A stretch of DNA of 64,000 bases from Eledone cirrhosa (GCA_964016885.1 CAXHJY010001187.1:1-64000), one strand, 5' to 3'; counted from the stretch's first letter, positions 26,213 to 39,625 are shown. The notes: generated from the letters alone by a model not told the origin. Numbers and translations are program-made.

Positions 26213-27200
26213 TCTCTTTAACTCTTTTACCTGTTTCAGCCATCTGGCTGAGGCCATGCTGGGGCACCGCCCTTGTTGCTACACATTTTATCTCCAGCCT
26301 GTATAGGTTGGCCACTGGTGTAGGAGGGAGTTTGTTGCTGCTGCCCTTAGGTTTCCCTCGTGTCTTGCTGTGGGCTCATCCGGGATCCTGGATAACAAGG
26401 TGTCGAGATGTTTCTTAAAGACATCCACCTCCACGTCATGCAAGTCTCTCAGATGCCTCGGCAGCCTGTTGAAGAGTTGAGGGCCCTTGAATCCCAGGCT
26501 ATTGCAATACCTGCTCCTTATTCTAGATGTGGAAGACGGGACCTTTGGCACCACACAGTGACGTCCTGTTCGACGGTTGGTCCAGCTCCCAAAGTTTGGT
26601 GCTAGTCCCTCCAGGATTTTCCACATGTAGATCACTGCGTATCTCTCCCGTCTTCGCTCCAAGGAGTAGAGGTTCAGTTCCTTTAGCCTCTCCCAGTAGC
26701 TTGTCTCCATCATCTTGGCAATCCTCTTGGTGTAGCTTCGCTGGATTGCCTCAAGCTCCGTGGTTAGTTTGACACTATGGGGTGACCACAGCTGGGAGCA
26801 GTAGTCCAGGCGGATTAGGACAAAAGTCCTCCACAGTGTCAACATGGTGTCTCGATCTCTTGTAAGGAAAGTCCTCAAGATCCAGCCAGCGAATCGTCTA
26901 CATGGTGTCGCCACCTTCATGATGTGTGAAGAAAAAGATGCACCATCGCTCGATTTTGACACGGGGATATCGGTCCCTCCTGGTCCTGTGTAGCTGTGTT
27001 CCACTATATTTGTGTTTGCAGGTTTGTATTGTAGGGCTTCGAATTTGCCAGCATTAAACTGCATGTTGTTTTCTTCCGCCCATCTGTATATGGCATCCAG
27101 ATCCTGCTGTAAAAGGGCAGCGTCAGCCGGGTTTTTGATTGCCTGTGCTACCTTAGTGTCATCAGCATAGCTAGTGAGGGATGTTGTTGCATGCACCACA
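26213..27200 (-). mobile_element. CR1-group LINE, 5'-truncated (RT C-terminal half plus tail)
   Basis: YADDTK, LQQDLDAIYRWAEENNMQFNAGK, LDYCSQLWSP, YWERLKELNLYSLERRRER. Short 3' UTR with a TAAA(A)GAG-type tail. Confidence 0.88.
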
Positions 27201-27322
27201 TATATATATATATACATACACATATATATACATATATATACACATATATATACATATATATATACATATATATATATACATACACATATATATATATACA
27301 TACACCTCCCCCATATCGACCC

Positions 27323-30300
27323 TTCCTAACACCAACCTCATTTACAGTGAGTGCTGGGTGCTTTTTCGTGGCGCCTACACGTCCACTTTACAGTGTGGGC
27401 TGGGTGCTTTTTTGCCGTGGCACCTCCACGACCACCTTGCGGGGGGGGGGGGGGGGGGCATATTGTTTATATGCTTCAGCATGTACCCATGGGAGGTCGG
27501 GTACCCTGTATTACTGCGTGACGCCAGAAGTCACGGTCGTGTGTCATTGACTTTGAGAGGTGTAGTTGGGTAAGGTCGGCTTTTATCACCTCATCCCAAG
27601 TCATCTTGGGTCTCCCCACTCCGCGGTTTCCATCAACTTCTAGTGCTCTGCACCTTTTTATGCAGCTGTCATCCTTCATACGCATCACATGTCCATACCA
27701 GCGTAACCGCCTCTCCTGCACGCAGCATTTGATTCCTCTTATGCTCAGTCTCTCTCTCAATTCCTTTATGCTTTGTCGTTCACGTATATTACTGTTACAC
27801 ATCCATCGGAGCATGCAGGCTTCGTTTCTCTCTAATCTACGTAAGTCTTCCACCTTCAGCGCCCAGGTCTCACTACCATGCAACATCGCTGTTCGGATAC
27901 ACGCATCATACAGTCTGCCTTTCATTCTGAGGGAGAAGCCTTTTGCAGCTAGCAGTGGTAGTAGTTCCCTAAACTTCTTCCATCCCGTTCTTACCCTAGT
28001 TATTGTACTTTCTGAGCACCCACCTCCGTTGCTAATTCGGTCACCTAGGTAGCAGAAGCTGTCTACTGTTTCTACAGGGCCCTCCCAGAGATTGGTGGTA
28101 CTTGTTTCCTGTGGCTGTTTGCTTGCTGTTTCAGCACAGCTGCTGCATGTGAATCCTACATTCTTAATTAAGCTTCCTGAGATCCCGCTACATCTCTTGT
28201 GTACCCATTGTTTGCATTTGGGGCAGAGAATGGAGTTCCTACCTACACCTTTCCTACATACTGAGCAAGGCCATTTCCCTGAGGGGATCTGGGTTCTGTT
28301 TTCTCGTCTACTTATAAGGACCTTAGTCTTTGTCATGTTGACTTTGAGGCCCTTTCTCTCTAGTCCCTGCTTCCAGGTTTGGAATTTATTCTCTAGTTCT
28401 ACCATAGATTCAGCTATGAGTGCGAGGTCATCAGCATACAGGAGTTCCCATGGGCATCCGGTCTTAAACTCCTCCGTTATTGCCTGCAGGACTATGATGA
28501 ACAGGAGAGGGCTAAGAACAGAGCCCTGGTGGACCCCAACCTGTACGCTAAATTCCTCGCTATACTCATTGCCAATCCTAACTTTGCTGACTGCTCCCCT
28601 ATACATGGCTTGTACCGCTTTCACAAGCCATTCATCTACTCCTAGTTTTCTAAGAGCCCACCAGATTACTGCACGTGGAACTCTGTCAAAGGCTTTCTCA
28701 AGGTCGACAAATGCCAAGTAGAGTGGCTTACTTTTAGCTAGGTACGTTTCCTGTAATTGCCTCACAAGGAAGAGGGCATCAGTGGTGCCTTTCCCTGGTA
28801 CAAACCCAAATTGCATCTCGTCTATATTCACCCGGTCCCTAATCAGCTGTGCTATAACTCTTTCTGTTACTTTCATGACCTGGTCCATCAACTTTATACC
28901 TCTATAGTTTCCTCTATCTAGTGCATCGCCTTTACCTTTGTAGCAGTTGACAATGATGCTACTGCACCAATCTTTTGGTATGGCCCCCTCTAGTATTACC
29001 TGGTTAACGATACGTGTGGTTATAGTGTGACCTACAGACCCAGATGCCTTCAGCATCTCGGCAGCTATACCCGATGGACCGGTTGCCTTCCCTATCTTCA
29101 TATCTCTGATTGCCTTACTTACTACGCTGCCGCTGACTTGTACTGCTGGTCCCTCTATAGGGTCTACATGGGGTAGGGTCTCTTCTTCCCATGCATTCTC
29201 CTCATTTAGTAATCTATCATAATGACTCTTCCATGCATCTTTCTTCTCAGCACTTGTGAGGGCAAGCTCACCTTTATCATTCCGGATACACTTCTCTCCA
29301 ATGACATCACAACTATCTCTGACACACTGCCTCGCAATCTTGAATACCTCCTGTTTCTGGTCCTCGCGTTGTAAAACATGCTTGAATTTTCTATCCTCTG
29401 CTTCCCTCCTAGCTAAGTATACTTGTCGCTTAGCTTCCCTCTTGGTCTCTATGTAATGTACCCTGCTCCCCCCGTTCTTCCATTCTTTCCATGCCTGTCT
29501 CTTGGCCTTGACTGCTTCATCTACCTTATTGTTCCACCACCAAGTCACTCTCCTCCTGCTTGAGGTCTTACTCCAGCCACAAACCTCATCCGTCGCCTCT
29601 AGTAAGTTATTTTTTAGGAACTCCCAGTTCTCTTCTACGTTAAATGTCTCTATCTGTTCTTCTTTACTGTCGTAGGCGTTGAGTAAAATATCTTTAAATC
29701 TGTTACTGGTTGAGGGGACTTTCAGCTTCCAGATCTTTCTTCTCCAGGTTGGCCTCTGTTTCAGGGCTCGTCTAGTTCTGACCGTGAGGTCGCTGACAAC
29801 TAAGCTATGTTGGGATGTACATTCCTCACTAGGGAAGGCTTTTGTGTTTACGACCGTCCATCTGTCACGTTCTCTGATGAGGATAAAATCTAACTGACTA
29901 GAGTGCTCCCCTGATCTATAGGTGATCAGGTGGTTGTCGGGTTTTTTAAAGTTTGTGTTACATATCGACATGTCATTGGCGTCGCAGAATTCTAGAAGTC
30001 TGAATCCTTCCTCATTCCTTGTGCCAACTCCATGGCCTCCATGTACTCTATTGAAGCCGTCGCAGTGTTTACCTACGTGTCCGTTAAAATCTCCTGCAAT
30101 GATTAGGAAGTCCTTGTCGTCTGTTAGAGCAGTAGTGTGTATTAGGGACTCGTAAAACCTATCCTTAAGTTCGTCTGGCAGCCCCGATTGGGGTGCGTAA
30201 GCTGATATTATTGTGGTAATTGTCTTATTCAGGACTAGTCTGAGTTTAATGATTCTTGCATTTACCCTGTACACTGAGATTACTTTATCTACCCACTTGT

Positions 30301-31160
30301 CAGCTAATAGTATACCTACACCACCCATCCCATCGTCATTTCCCACCCAGAAAAATTTGTAGCACTGGCTTTTTCCTACAAGGACTCTGGCAGACTCTCC
30401 TCTCCATCTAGTCTCTTGCACACAGCATACATCAACTTCCTTTCGCTCTAGCATTTCTACGATTTCTCCTGCTCTTCCTTTCATTGAGCCTACATTGATG
30501 GTACCAACTCGGAGTTTTGGGCATTTGTCGACACTCGTAGGGGAGGGTCTCTGGGTTGGCGCTTCACGTGGGTGCTTGGTAGCTCGCAGATTCATATTTC
30601 ATCTATTGATTCAGAGTTGCTCGTGTATTCCCAGCTCATCCATCCATAACGGTGGGAAAATTGAGGGCTAGAAGAACAGTGGTGGTGGGGTAATGGCAGG
30701 GTGTGTTGGGATGCGCCAGAGGAGGAGAGAGTTAGTTAGGCAGGTAGTAGCAGCAGCAGTGGAAATGGCATGCTAGGTTTGATTGGTCGAATAGACTATG
30801 GTGGTGGGTGGGGGGGAGGGAAATTGTGAGGCAGGAACTGAGGGTCGCATGGTAAATAACTGAGAGAGATACAATAGGATTAGAATACCGCATGGTAAAT
30901 ATCCAAGTTAATAAGTTAATACTACATCAGTAAAATTAACAAAATAACGTCATGAAAAACTACTAAGAGAAACCCTCGAAAATTTATCGCTAATACAGCA
31001 GGGAAAATTTAACGCTAATACAGCAGGGAACATCATAATATTAACGACAATATGTAGGCTAAAATACCTTCGTAGATTAGATGGATGGCTGGAAAAATTG
31101 GAATCAGCTCTTGTGATACATTTTAGCAGAGAAGAATGGGAAAGTGTCTATATAAGTGAA
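27323..31160 (-). mobile_element. RTE family B, near full length, intact ORF, missing the last ~150 bp including the tail
   Basis: ~565-bp 5' UTR and a 1039-aa ORF. The 3' UTR stops at CCCTTCCTAACACC relative to the copy at 31461. Confidence 0.95.
27476..30595 (-). CDS. Intact APE endonuclease-reverse transcriptase with intra-RT PHD finger, 1039 aa
   Basis: Uninterrupted ORF with GTINVGSM, CVQETRW, AYAPQ, GDFNGHVG, QLDFIL, SQH, QFGF, DLEKAFD, QGSVLSP, YADD, C4HC3 finger (28136-28267), FCYLG and LRWYGHVMR. Confidence 0.95.
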   Translation of the reverse strand: MNLRATKHPREAPTQRPSPTSVDKCPKLRVGTINVGSMKGRAGEIVEMLERKEVDVCCVQETRWRGESARVLVGKSQCYKFFWVGNDDGMGGVGILLADKWVDKVISVYRVNARIIKLRLVLNKTITTIISAYAPQSGLPDELKDRFYESLIHTTALTDDKDFLIIAGDFNGHVGKHCDGFNRVHGGHGVGTRNEEGFRLLEFCDANDMSICNTNFKKPDNHLITYRSGEHSSQLDFILIRERDRWTVVNTKAFPSEECTSQHSLVVSDLTVRTRRALKQRPTWRRKIWKLKVPSTSNRFKDILLNAYDSKEEQIETFNVEENWEFLKNNLLEATDEVCGWSKTSSRRRVTWWWNNKVDEAVKAKRQAWKEWKNGGSRVHYIETKREAKRQVYLARREAEDRKFKHVLQREDQKQEVFKIARQCVRDSCDVIGEKCIRNDKGELALTSAEKKDAWKSHYDRLLNEENAWEEETLPHVDPIEGPAVQVSGSVVSKAIRDMKIGKATGPSGIAAEMLKASGSVGHTITTRIVNQVILEGAIPKDWCSSIIVNCYKGKGDALDRGNYRGIKLMDQVMKVTERVIAQLIRDRVNIDEMQFGFVPGKGTTDALFLVRQLQETYLAKSKPLYLAFVDLEKAFDRVPRAVIWWALRKLGVDEWLVKAVQAMYRGAVSKVRIGNEYSEEFSVQVGVHQGSVLSPLLFIIVLQAITEEFKTGCPWELLYADDLALIAESMVELENKFQTWKQGLERKGLKVNMTKTKVLISRRENRTQIPSGKWPCSVCRKGVGRNSILCPKCKQWVHKRCSGISGSLIKNVGFTCSSCAETASKQPQETSTTNLWEGPVETVDSFCYLGDRISNGGGCSESTITRVRTGWKKFRELLPLLAAKGFSLRMKGRLYDACIRTAMLHGSETWALKVEDLRRLERNEACMLRWMCNSNIRERQSIKELRERLSIRGIKCCVQERRLRWYGHVMRMKDDSCIKRCRALEVDGNRGVGRPKMTWDEVIKADLTQLHLSKSMTHDRDFWRHAVIQGTRPPMGTC

Positions 31161-31460
31161 TATATATATGTATATATATGTGTATGTATATATATATATG
31201 TATATATATGTGTATGTATATATATATATGTATATATATGTGTATGTATATATATATATGTATATATATGTGTATGTATATATATGTATATGTGTATGTA
31301 TATATATATGTGTATGTATATATATATATGTATATATATGTGTATGTATATATATATATGTATATATATATATGTATATATGTGTATGTATATATATGTG
31401 TATGTATATATATGTGTATGTATATATATATGTATATATATGTGTATGTATATATATGTG

Positions 31461-34222
31461 TCATCATCATCATCATCATCATCACCGTTTTACGTCCGTT
31501 CTTCCACGCTAGCATGGGTTAGACGGGTTGTCCTGTTGTGGGCAGTGTCTGGTCGGCTGACCATGCCTTGCTCATACAGGAACTGATCTGGCTTGATTTC
31601 TACAGCTGGATGCCCTTCCTAACACCAACCTCATTTACAGTGAGTGCTGGGTGCTTTTTCGTGGCGCCTACACGTCCACTTTACAGTGTGGGCTGGGTGC
31701 TTTTTTGCCGTGGCACCTCCACGACCACCTTGCGGTGGGGGGGGGGGGCATATTGTTTATATGCTTCAGCATGTACCCATGGGAGGTCGGGTACCCTGTA
31801 TTACTGCGTGACGCCAGAAGTCACGGTCGTGTGTCATTGACTTTGAGAGGTGTAGTTGGGTAAGGTCGGCTTTTATCACCTCATCCCAAGTCATCTTGGG
31901 TCTCCCCACTCCGCGGTTTCCATCAACTTCTAGTGCTCTGCACCTTTTTATGCAGCTGTCATCCTTCATACGCATCACATGTCCATACCAGCGTAACCGC
32001 CTCTCCTGCACGCAGCATTTGATTCCTCTTATGCTCAGTCTCTCTCTCAATTCATTTATGCTTTGTCGTTCACGTATATTACTGTTACACATCCATCGGA
32101 GCATGCAGGCTTCGTTTCTCTCTAATCTACGTAAGTCTTCCACCTTCAGCGCCCAGGTCTCACTACCATGCAACATCGCTGTTCGGATACACGCATCATA
32201 CAGTCTGCCTTTCATTCTGAGGGAGAAGCCTTTTGCAGCTAGCAGTGGTAGTAGTTCCCTAAACTTCTTCCATCCCGTTCTTACCCTAGTTATTGTACTT
32301 TCTGAGCACCCACCTCCGTTGCTAATTCGGTCACCTAGGTAGCAGAAGCTGTCTACTGTTTCTACAGGGCCCTCCCAGAGATTGGTGGTACTTGTTTCCT
32401 GTGGCTGTTTGCTTGCTGTTTCAGCACAGCTGCTGCATGTGAATCCTACATTCTTAATTAAGCTTCCTGAGATCCCGCTACATCTCTTGTGTACCCATTG
32501 TTTGCATTTGGGGCAAAGAATGGAGTTCCTACCTACACCTTTCCTACATACTGAGCAAGGCCATTTCCCTGAGGGGATCTGGGTTCTGTTTTCTCGTCTA
32601 CTTATAAGGACCTTAGTCTTTGTCATGTTGACTTTGAGGCCCTTTCTCTCTAGTCCCTGCTTCCAGGTTTGGAATTTATTCTCTAGTTCTACCATAGATT
32701 CAGCTATGAGTGCGAGGTCATCAGCATACAGGAGTTCCCATGGGCATCCGGTCTTAAACTCCTCCGTTATTGCCTGCAGGACTATGATGAACAGGAGAGG
32801 GCTAAGAACAGAGCCCTGGTGGACCCCAACCTGTACGCTAAATTCCTCGCTATACTCATTGCCAATCCTAACTTTGCTGACTGCTCCCCTATACATGGCT
32901 TGTACCGCTTTCACAAGCCATTCATCTACTCCTAGTTTTCTAAGAGCCCACCAGATTACTGCACGTGGAACTCTGTCAAAGGCTTTCTCAAGGTCGACAA
33001 ATGCCAAGTAGAGTGGCTTACTTTTAGCTAGGTACTTTTCCTGTAATTGCCTCACAAGGAAGAGCGCATCAGTGGTGCCTTTCCCTGGAACAAACCCAAA
33101 TTGCATCTCGTCTATATTCACCCGGTCCCTAATCAGCTGTGCTATAACTCTTTCTGTTACTTTCATGACCTGGTCCATCAACTTTATACCTCTATAGTTT
33201 CCTCTATCTAGTGCATCGCCTTTACCTTTGTAGCAGTTGACAATGATGCTACTGCACCAATCTTTTGGTATGGCCCCCTCTAGTATTACCTGGTTAACGA
33301 TACGTGTGGTTATAGTGTGACCTACAGACCCAGATGCCTTCAGCATCTCGGCAGCTATACCCGATGGACCGGTTGCCTTCCCTATCTTCATATCTCTGAT
33401 TGCCTTACTTACTACGCTGCCGCTGACTTGTACTGCTGGTCCCTCTATAGGGTCTACGTGGGGTAGGGTCTCTTCTTCCCATGCATTCTCCTCATTTAGT
33501 AATCTATCATAATGACTCTTCCATGCATCTTTCTTCTCAGCACTTGTGAGGGCAAGCTCACCTTTATCATTCCGGATACACTTCTCTCCAATGACATCAC
33601 AACTATCTCTGACACACTGCCTCGCAATCTTGAATACCTCCTGTTTCTGGTCCTCACGTTGTAAAACATGCTTGAATTTTCTATCCTCTGCTTCCCTCCT
33701 AGCTAAGTATACTTGTCGCCTAGCTTCCCTCTTGGTCTCTATGTAATGTACCCTGCTCCCCCCGTTCTTCCATTCTTTCCATGCCTGTCTCTTGGCCTTG
33801 ACTGCTTCATCTACCTTATTGTTCCACCACCAAGTCACTCTCCTCCTGCTTGAGGTCTTACTCCAGCCACAAACCTCATCCGTCGCCTCTAGTAAGTTAT
33901 TTTTTAGGAACTCCCAGTTCTCTTCTACGTTAAATGTCTCTATCTGTTCTTCTTTACTGTCGTAGGCGTTGAGTAAAATATCTTTAAATCTGTTACTGGT
34001 TGAGGGGACTTTCAGCTTCCAGATCTTTCTTCTCCAGGTTGGCCTCTGTTTCAGGGCTCGTCTAGTTCTGACCGTGAGGTCGCTGACAACTAAGCTATGT
34101 TGGGATGTACATTCCTCACTAGGGAAGGCTTTTGTGTTTACGACCGTCCATCTGTCACGTCCTCTGATGAGGATAAAATCTAACTGACTAGAGTGCTCCC
34201 CTGATCTATAGGTGATCAGGTG
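31461..34222 (-). mobile_element. RTE family B, 5'-truncated within the endonuclease, frame open
   Basis: Nearly identical to 27323-29932, with a complete 3' UTR and (CAT)n tail. The frame is open from HLITYRSG to the stop at 31766. Confidence 0.95.
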
Positions 34223-34584
34223 TATGTATATATATGTGTATGTATATATATGTGTATGTATATATATGTGTATGTATATATATGTGTATGTATATATATA
34301 TATGTATATATATGTGTATGTATATATATATGTGTATGTATATATATGTATATATATGTGTATGTATATATATATATATGTATATATATGTGTATGTATA
34401 TATATATATATGTATATATATGTGTATGTATATATATATATATGTATATATGTGTATGTATATATATATATATGTATATATGTGTATGTATATATATATA
34501 TATGTATATATATGTGTATGTATATATATATATATGTATATATATGTGTATGTATATATATATATATGTATATATATGTGTATG

Positions 34585-34615
<31 letters not shown>

Positions 34616-34622
34616 GTGTATG

Positions 34623-34669
<47 letters not shown>

Positions 34670-35547
34670 GTATATATATGTGTATGTATATATATATATA
34701 TATGTATATATATGTGTATGTATATTTATATATATATGTATATATATGTGTATGTATATATGTATATATATGTGTATGTGTATGTATATATATATGTGTA
34801 TGTATATATATATGTGTATGTATATATATATGTGTATGTATATATATATGTGTATGTATATATATATGTGTATGTATATATATATGTGTATGTATATATA
34901 TATGTGTATGTATATATATATATATATGTATATATATGTGTATGTATATATATATATATGTATATATATGTGTATGTATATATATATATATGTATATATA
35001 TGTGTATGTATATATATATATATGTATATATATGTGTATGTATATATATATATATGTATATATATGTGTATGTATATATATATATATGTATATATATGTG
35101 TATGTATATATATATATATGTATATATATGTGTATGTATATATATATATATGTATATATATGTGTATGTATATATATATATATGTATATATATGTGTATG
35201 TATATATATATATGTATATATGTGTATGTGTATGTATATATATGTATGAATATATATATATATATGTATATATGTGTATGTATATATATGTGTATGAATA
35301 TATATATGTATATATGTGTATGTATATATATGTGTATGAATATATATATATGTATATATGTGTATGTATATATATGTGTATGAATATATATATATGTATA
35401 TATGTGTATGTATATATATGTGTATGAATATATATATATGTATATGTGTATATATATGTATATATGTGTATGTATATATATGTGTATGAATATATATATA
35501 TGTATATGTGTATGTATATATATATGTGTGTATATATATATATGTAT

Positions 35548-36604
35548 ATCATCATCATCATCATCAGGTTTAGCGTCCGTGTTCCACGCTTGCATGGGTT
35601 TGGACGGGGGGTTTCCCACTTGAGGCAAGAGTGGTTGTCTTGCTCGCATAGGACTGTCTGGCGGGTTTTCTACAGTTGGATGCCCTTCCTAACACCAACC
35701 ACATTTACAGTGTGGGGCTGGGAGGTTTTTACCGTGTTGCCTACACGGCCACATTACAGCGTGGACTGTCTGGCGGGTTTTCCACAGCTGGATGCCCTTC
35801 CTAACACCAACCACATTTACAGTGTGGGGCTGGGAGGTTTTTACCGTGTTGCCTACACGGCCACATTTACAGCGTGGACTGTGTGTTTTTTGTCGTGACA
35901 CCTACACGATCTCATTTGTTTCGGCCTGGATGTTGTGGGACCAACATAACTTTACATTGAAAGGGGCGGTGTGGGTGGGGTGGAGGTGGTGGGACGGGGG
36001 TGTGTTTTGATAGAGGTGCCTACTGACTGTAGTAGGTTTTTACTTTGTATTTAGGTAAGGCGGGTCTTCTCTATTACTGAGTACCGCCAAAGGTCTCGGT
36101 CCAGTGACATTGTCTTGGAGAGGTGTAAGCGTGTGAGGTCGGAATTTATCAGCTCGTCCCATGTTTTTCTGGGTCTGCCTACTCCGTGGCTACCGTCTAT
36201 CTTTATTGCCCTGCACTTTGTTATACAGCTGTCGTCTTTCATGCGCATCACGTGACCGTACCAACGTAGCCTTCTCTCGAGTAAACAACATCTGATCCCT
36301 CTTATTTCTAATTTTTTCCTTAGTTCGTTTATGCTTTGCCGTTCGCGTATATTACTATTGCACATCCAGCGGAGCATGCAAGCTTCGTTCCTCTCTAGTC
36401 TGCGTATATCCTCTGCACACAATGCCCAGGTCTCACTGCCATGCAGCATTGCTGTTCGTATGCAGGCATCGTATAACCTGCCTTTCATTTTTAGGGAGAA
36501 CCCTCTAGCGGCTAATAGTGGTATAAGCTCTCTGAACTTTTTCCATCCAGTTCTGACTCTAGCTACTGTACTTTCAGAGCACCCTCCTCCACTGCTGATT
36601 TTGT
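35548..36604 (-). mobile_element. RTE family A variant 3' fragment with a 112-bp tandem duplication in the 3' UTR
   Basis: ORF 36051-36488 ([20 protein letters not shown] to TRLT*). Duplicated units at 35651-35762 and 35763-35875. Confidence 0.93.
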
Positions 36605-37034
36605 ATATATGTGTATATATATATGTGTATGTATATATATATGTGTATATGTATATATATATGTATGTATATGTGTATGTATATGTGTATGTATGTATGT
36701 ATATGTGTATGTATGTATGTATATGTTTTTGTATATATATATGTTTATGTATATATATATGTATATGTTTATGTATATATATATGTTTATGTATATATAT
36801 ATGTTTATGTATATATATATGTGTATGTATATATATATGTATATATATATATGTATATATATATATGTATATATATGTGTATGTATATATATATGTATAT
36901 ATATATATGTATATATATATAATGTATATATATGTATATATATATATGTATATATATGTGTATGTATATATATATATGTATATATATGTGTATGTATATA
37001 TATATATGTATATATATATATGTATATATATGTG

Positions 37035-37079
<45 letters not shown>

Positions 37080-37080
37080 G

Positions 37081-37113
<33 letters not shown>

Positions 37114-37116
37114 GTG

Positions 37117-37159
<43 letters not shown>

Positions 37160-37166
37160 GTGTATG

Positions 37167-37197
<31 letters not shown>

Positions 37198-37204
37198 GTG
37201 TATG

Positions 37205-37235
<31 letters not shown>

Positions 37236-37242
37236 GTGTAAG

Positions 37243-37273
<31 letters not shown>

Positions 37274-37280
37274 GTGTATG

Positions 37281-37311
<31 letters not shown>

Positions 37312-37346
37312 GTGTATGTATATATGTGTATGTATATATATATGTG

Positions 37347-37387
<41 letters not shown>

Positions 37388-37393
37388 GTGTAT

Positions 37394-37429
<36 letters not shown>

Positions 37430-37435
37430 GTGTAT

Positions 37436-37471
<36 letters not shown>

Positions 37472-37477
37472 GTGTAT

Positions 37478-37549
<72 letters not shown>

Positions 37550-37555
37550 GTGTAT

Positions 37556-37591
<36 letters not shown>

Positions 37592-37598
37592 GTGTATG

Positions 37599-37631
<33 letters not shown>

Positions 37632-37637
37632 GTGTAT

Positions 37638-37673
<36 letters not shown>

Positions 37674-37814
37674 GTGTATGTATATATATATATATGTATA
37701 TATATGTGTATGTATATATGTGTATGTATATATGTGTATGTATATATGTGTATGTATATATATGTGTATGTATATATATATATGTATATATATATATGTA
37801 TATATATGTGTATG

Positions 37815-37847
<33 letters not shown>

Positions 37848-37854
37848 GTGTATG

Positions 37855-37887
<33 letters not shown>

Positions 37888-37893
37888 GTGTAT

Positions 37894-37929
<36 letters not shown>

Positions 37930-37935
37930 GTGTAT

Positions 37936-37971
<36 letters not shown>

Positions 37972-38010
37972 GTGTATGTATATATATATATATATATGTA
38001 TATATATGTG

Positions 38011-38053
<43 letters not shown>

Positions 38054-38060
38054 GTGTATG

Positions 38061-38093
<33 letters not shown>

Positions 38094-38099
38094 GTGTAT

Positions 38100-38135
<36 letters not shown>

Positions 38136-38624
38136 GTGTATGTATATATATATATATGTATATATATGTGTATGTATATATGTGTATGTATATATGTGTA
38201 TGTATATATGTGTATGTATATATATATGTGTATGTATATATATATATGTATATATATATATGTATATATATGTGTATGTATATATATATATATGTATATA
38301 TATGTGTATGTATATATATATATGTATATATATGTGTATGTATATATATATATGTATATATGTGTATGTATATATATATATGTATATATATGTGTATGTA
38401 TATATATATATGTATATATATGTGTATGTATATATATATATGTATATATATGTGTATGTATATATATATATATGTATATATATGTGTATGTATATATATA
38501 TATATGTATATATATGTGTATGTATATATGTGTATGTATATATGTGTATGTATATATGTGTATGTATATATATGTGTATGTATATATATATATGTATATA
38601 TATATATGTATATATATGTGTATG

Positions 38625-38655
<31 letters not shown>

Positions 38656-38661
38656 GTGTAT

Positions 38662-38697
<36 letters not shown>

Positions 38698-38736
38698 GTG
38701 TATGTATATATATATATATATATGTATATATATGTG

Positions 38737-38779
<43 letters not shown>

Positions 38780-38786
38780 GTGTATG

Positions 38787-38819
<33 letters not shown>

Positions 38820-38825
38820 GTGTAT

Positions 38826-38861
<36 letters not shown>

Positions 38862-39625
38862 GTGTATGTATATATATATATATGTATATATATGTGTATG
38901 TATATATGTGTATGTATATATGTGTATGTATATATGTGTATGTATATATGTGTATGTATATATATATGTGTATGTATATATATATATGTATATATATATA
39001 TGTATATATATGTGTATGTATATATATATATATGTATATATATGTGTATGTATATATATATATGTATATATATGTGTATGTATATATATATATGTATATA
39101 TGTGTATGTATATATATATATGTATATATATGTGTATGTATATATATATATGTATATATATGTGTATGTATATATATATATGTATATATATATATGTATA
39201 TATATGTGTATGTATATATATATGTGTATGTATATATATGTATGTGTATATATGTGTATGTATATATATATGTGTATGTATATATATATATATGTATATA
39301 TATGTGTATGTATATATATATGTATATATGTGTGTATATATATATATGTATATATATGTGTATGTATATATATATGTATGTATATATATGTGTATGTATA
39401 TATATATGTATATATATATATGTGTATGTATATATGTATGTATATATATATATGTGTATGTATATATATATATGTGTATGTATATATATATATATATATA
39501 TGTGTATGTATATATATGTGTATGAATATATATATATGTATATGTGTATGTATATATATATGCGTGTATATATATATGTATATATATGTGTATATATATA
39601 TGTGTATGTATATATATATATGTGT

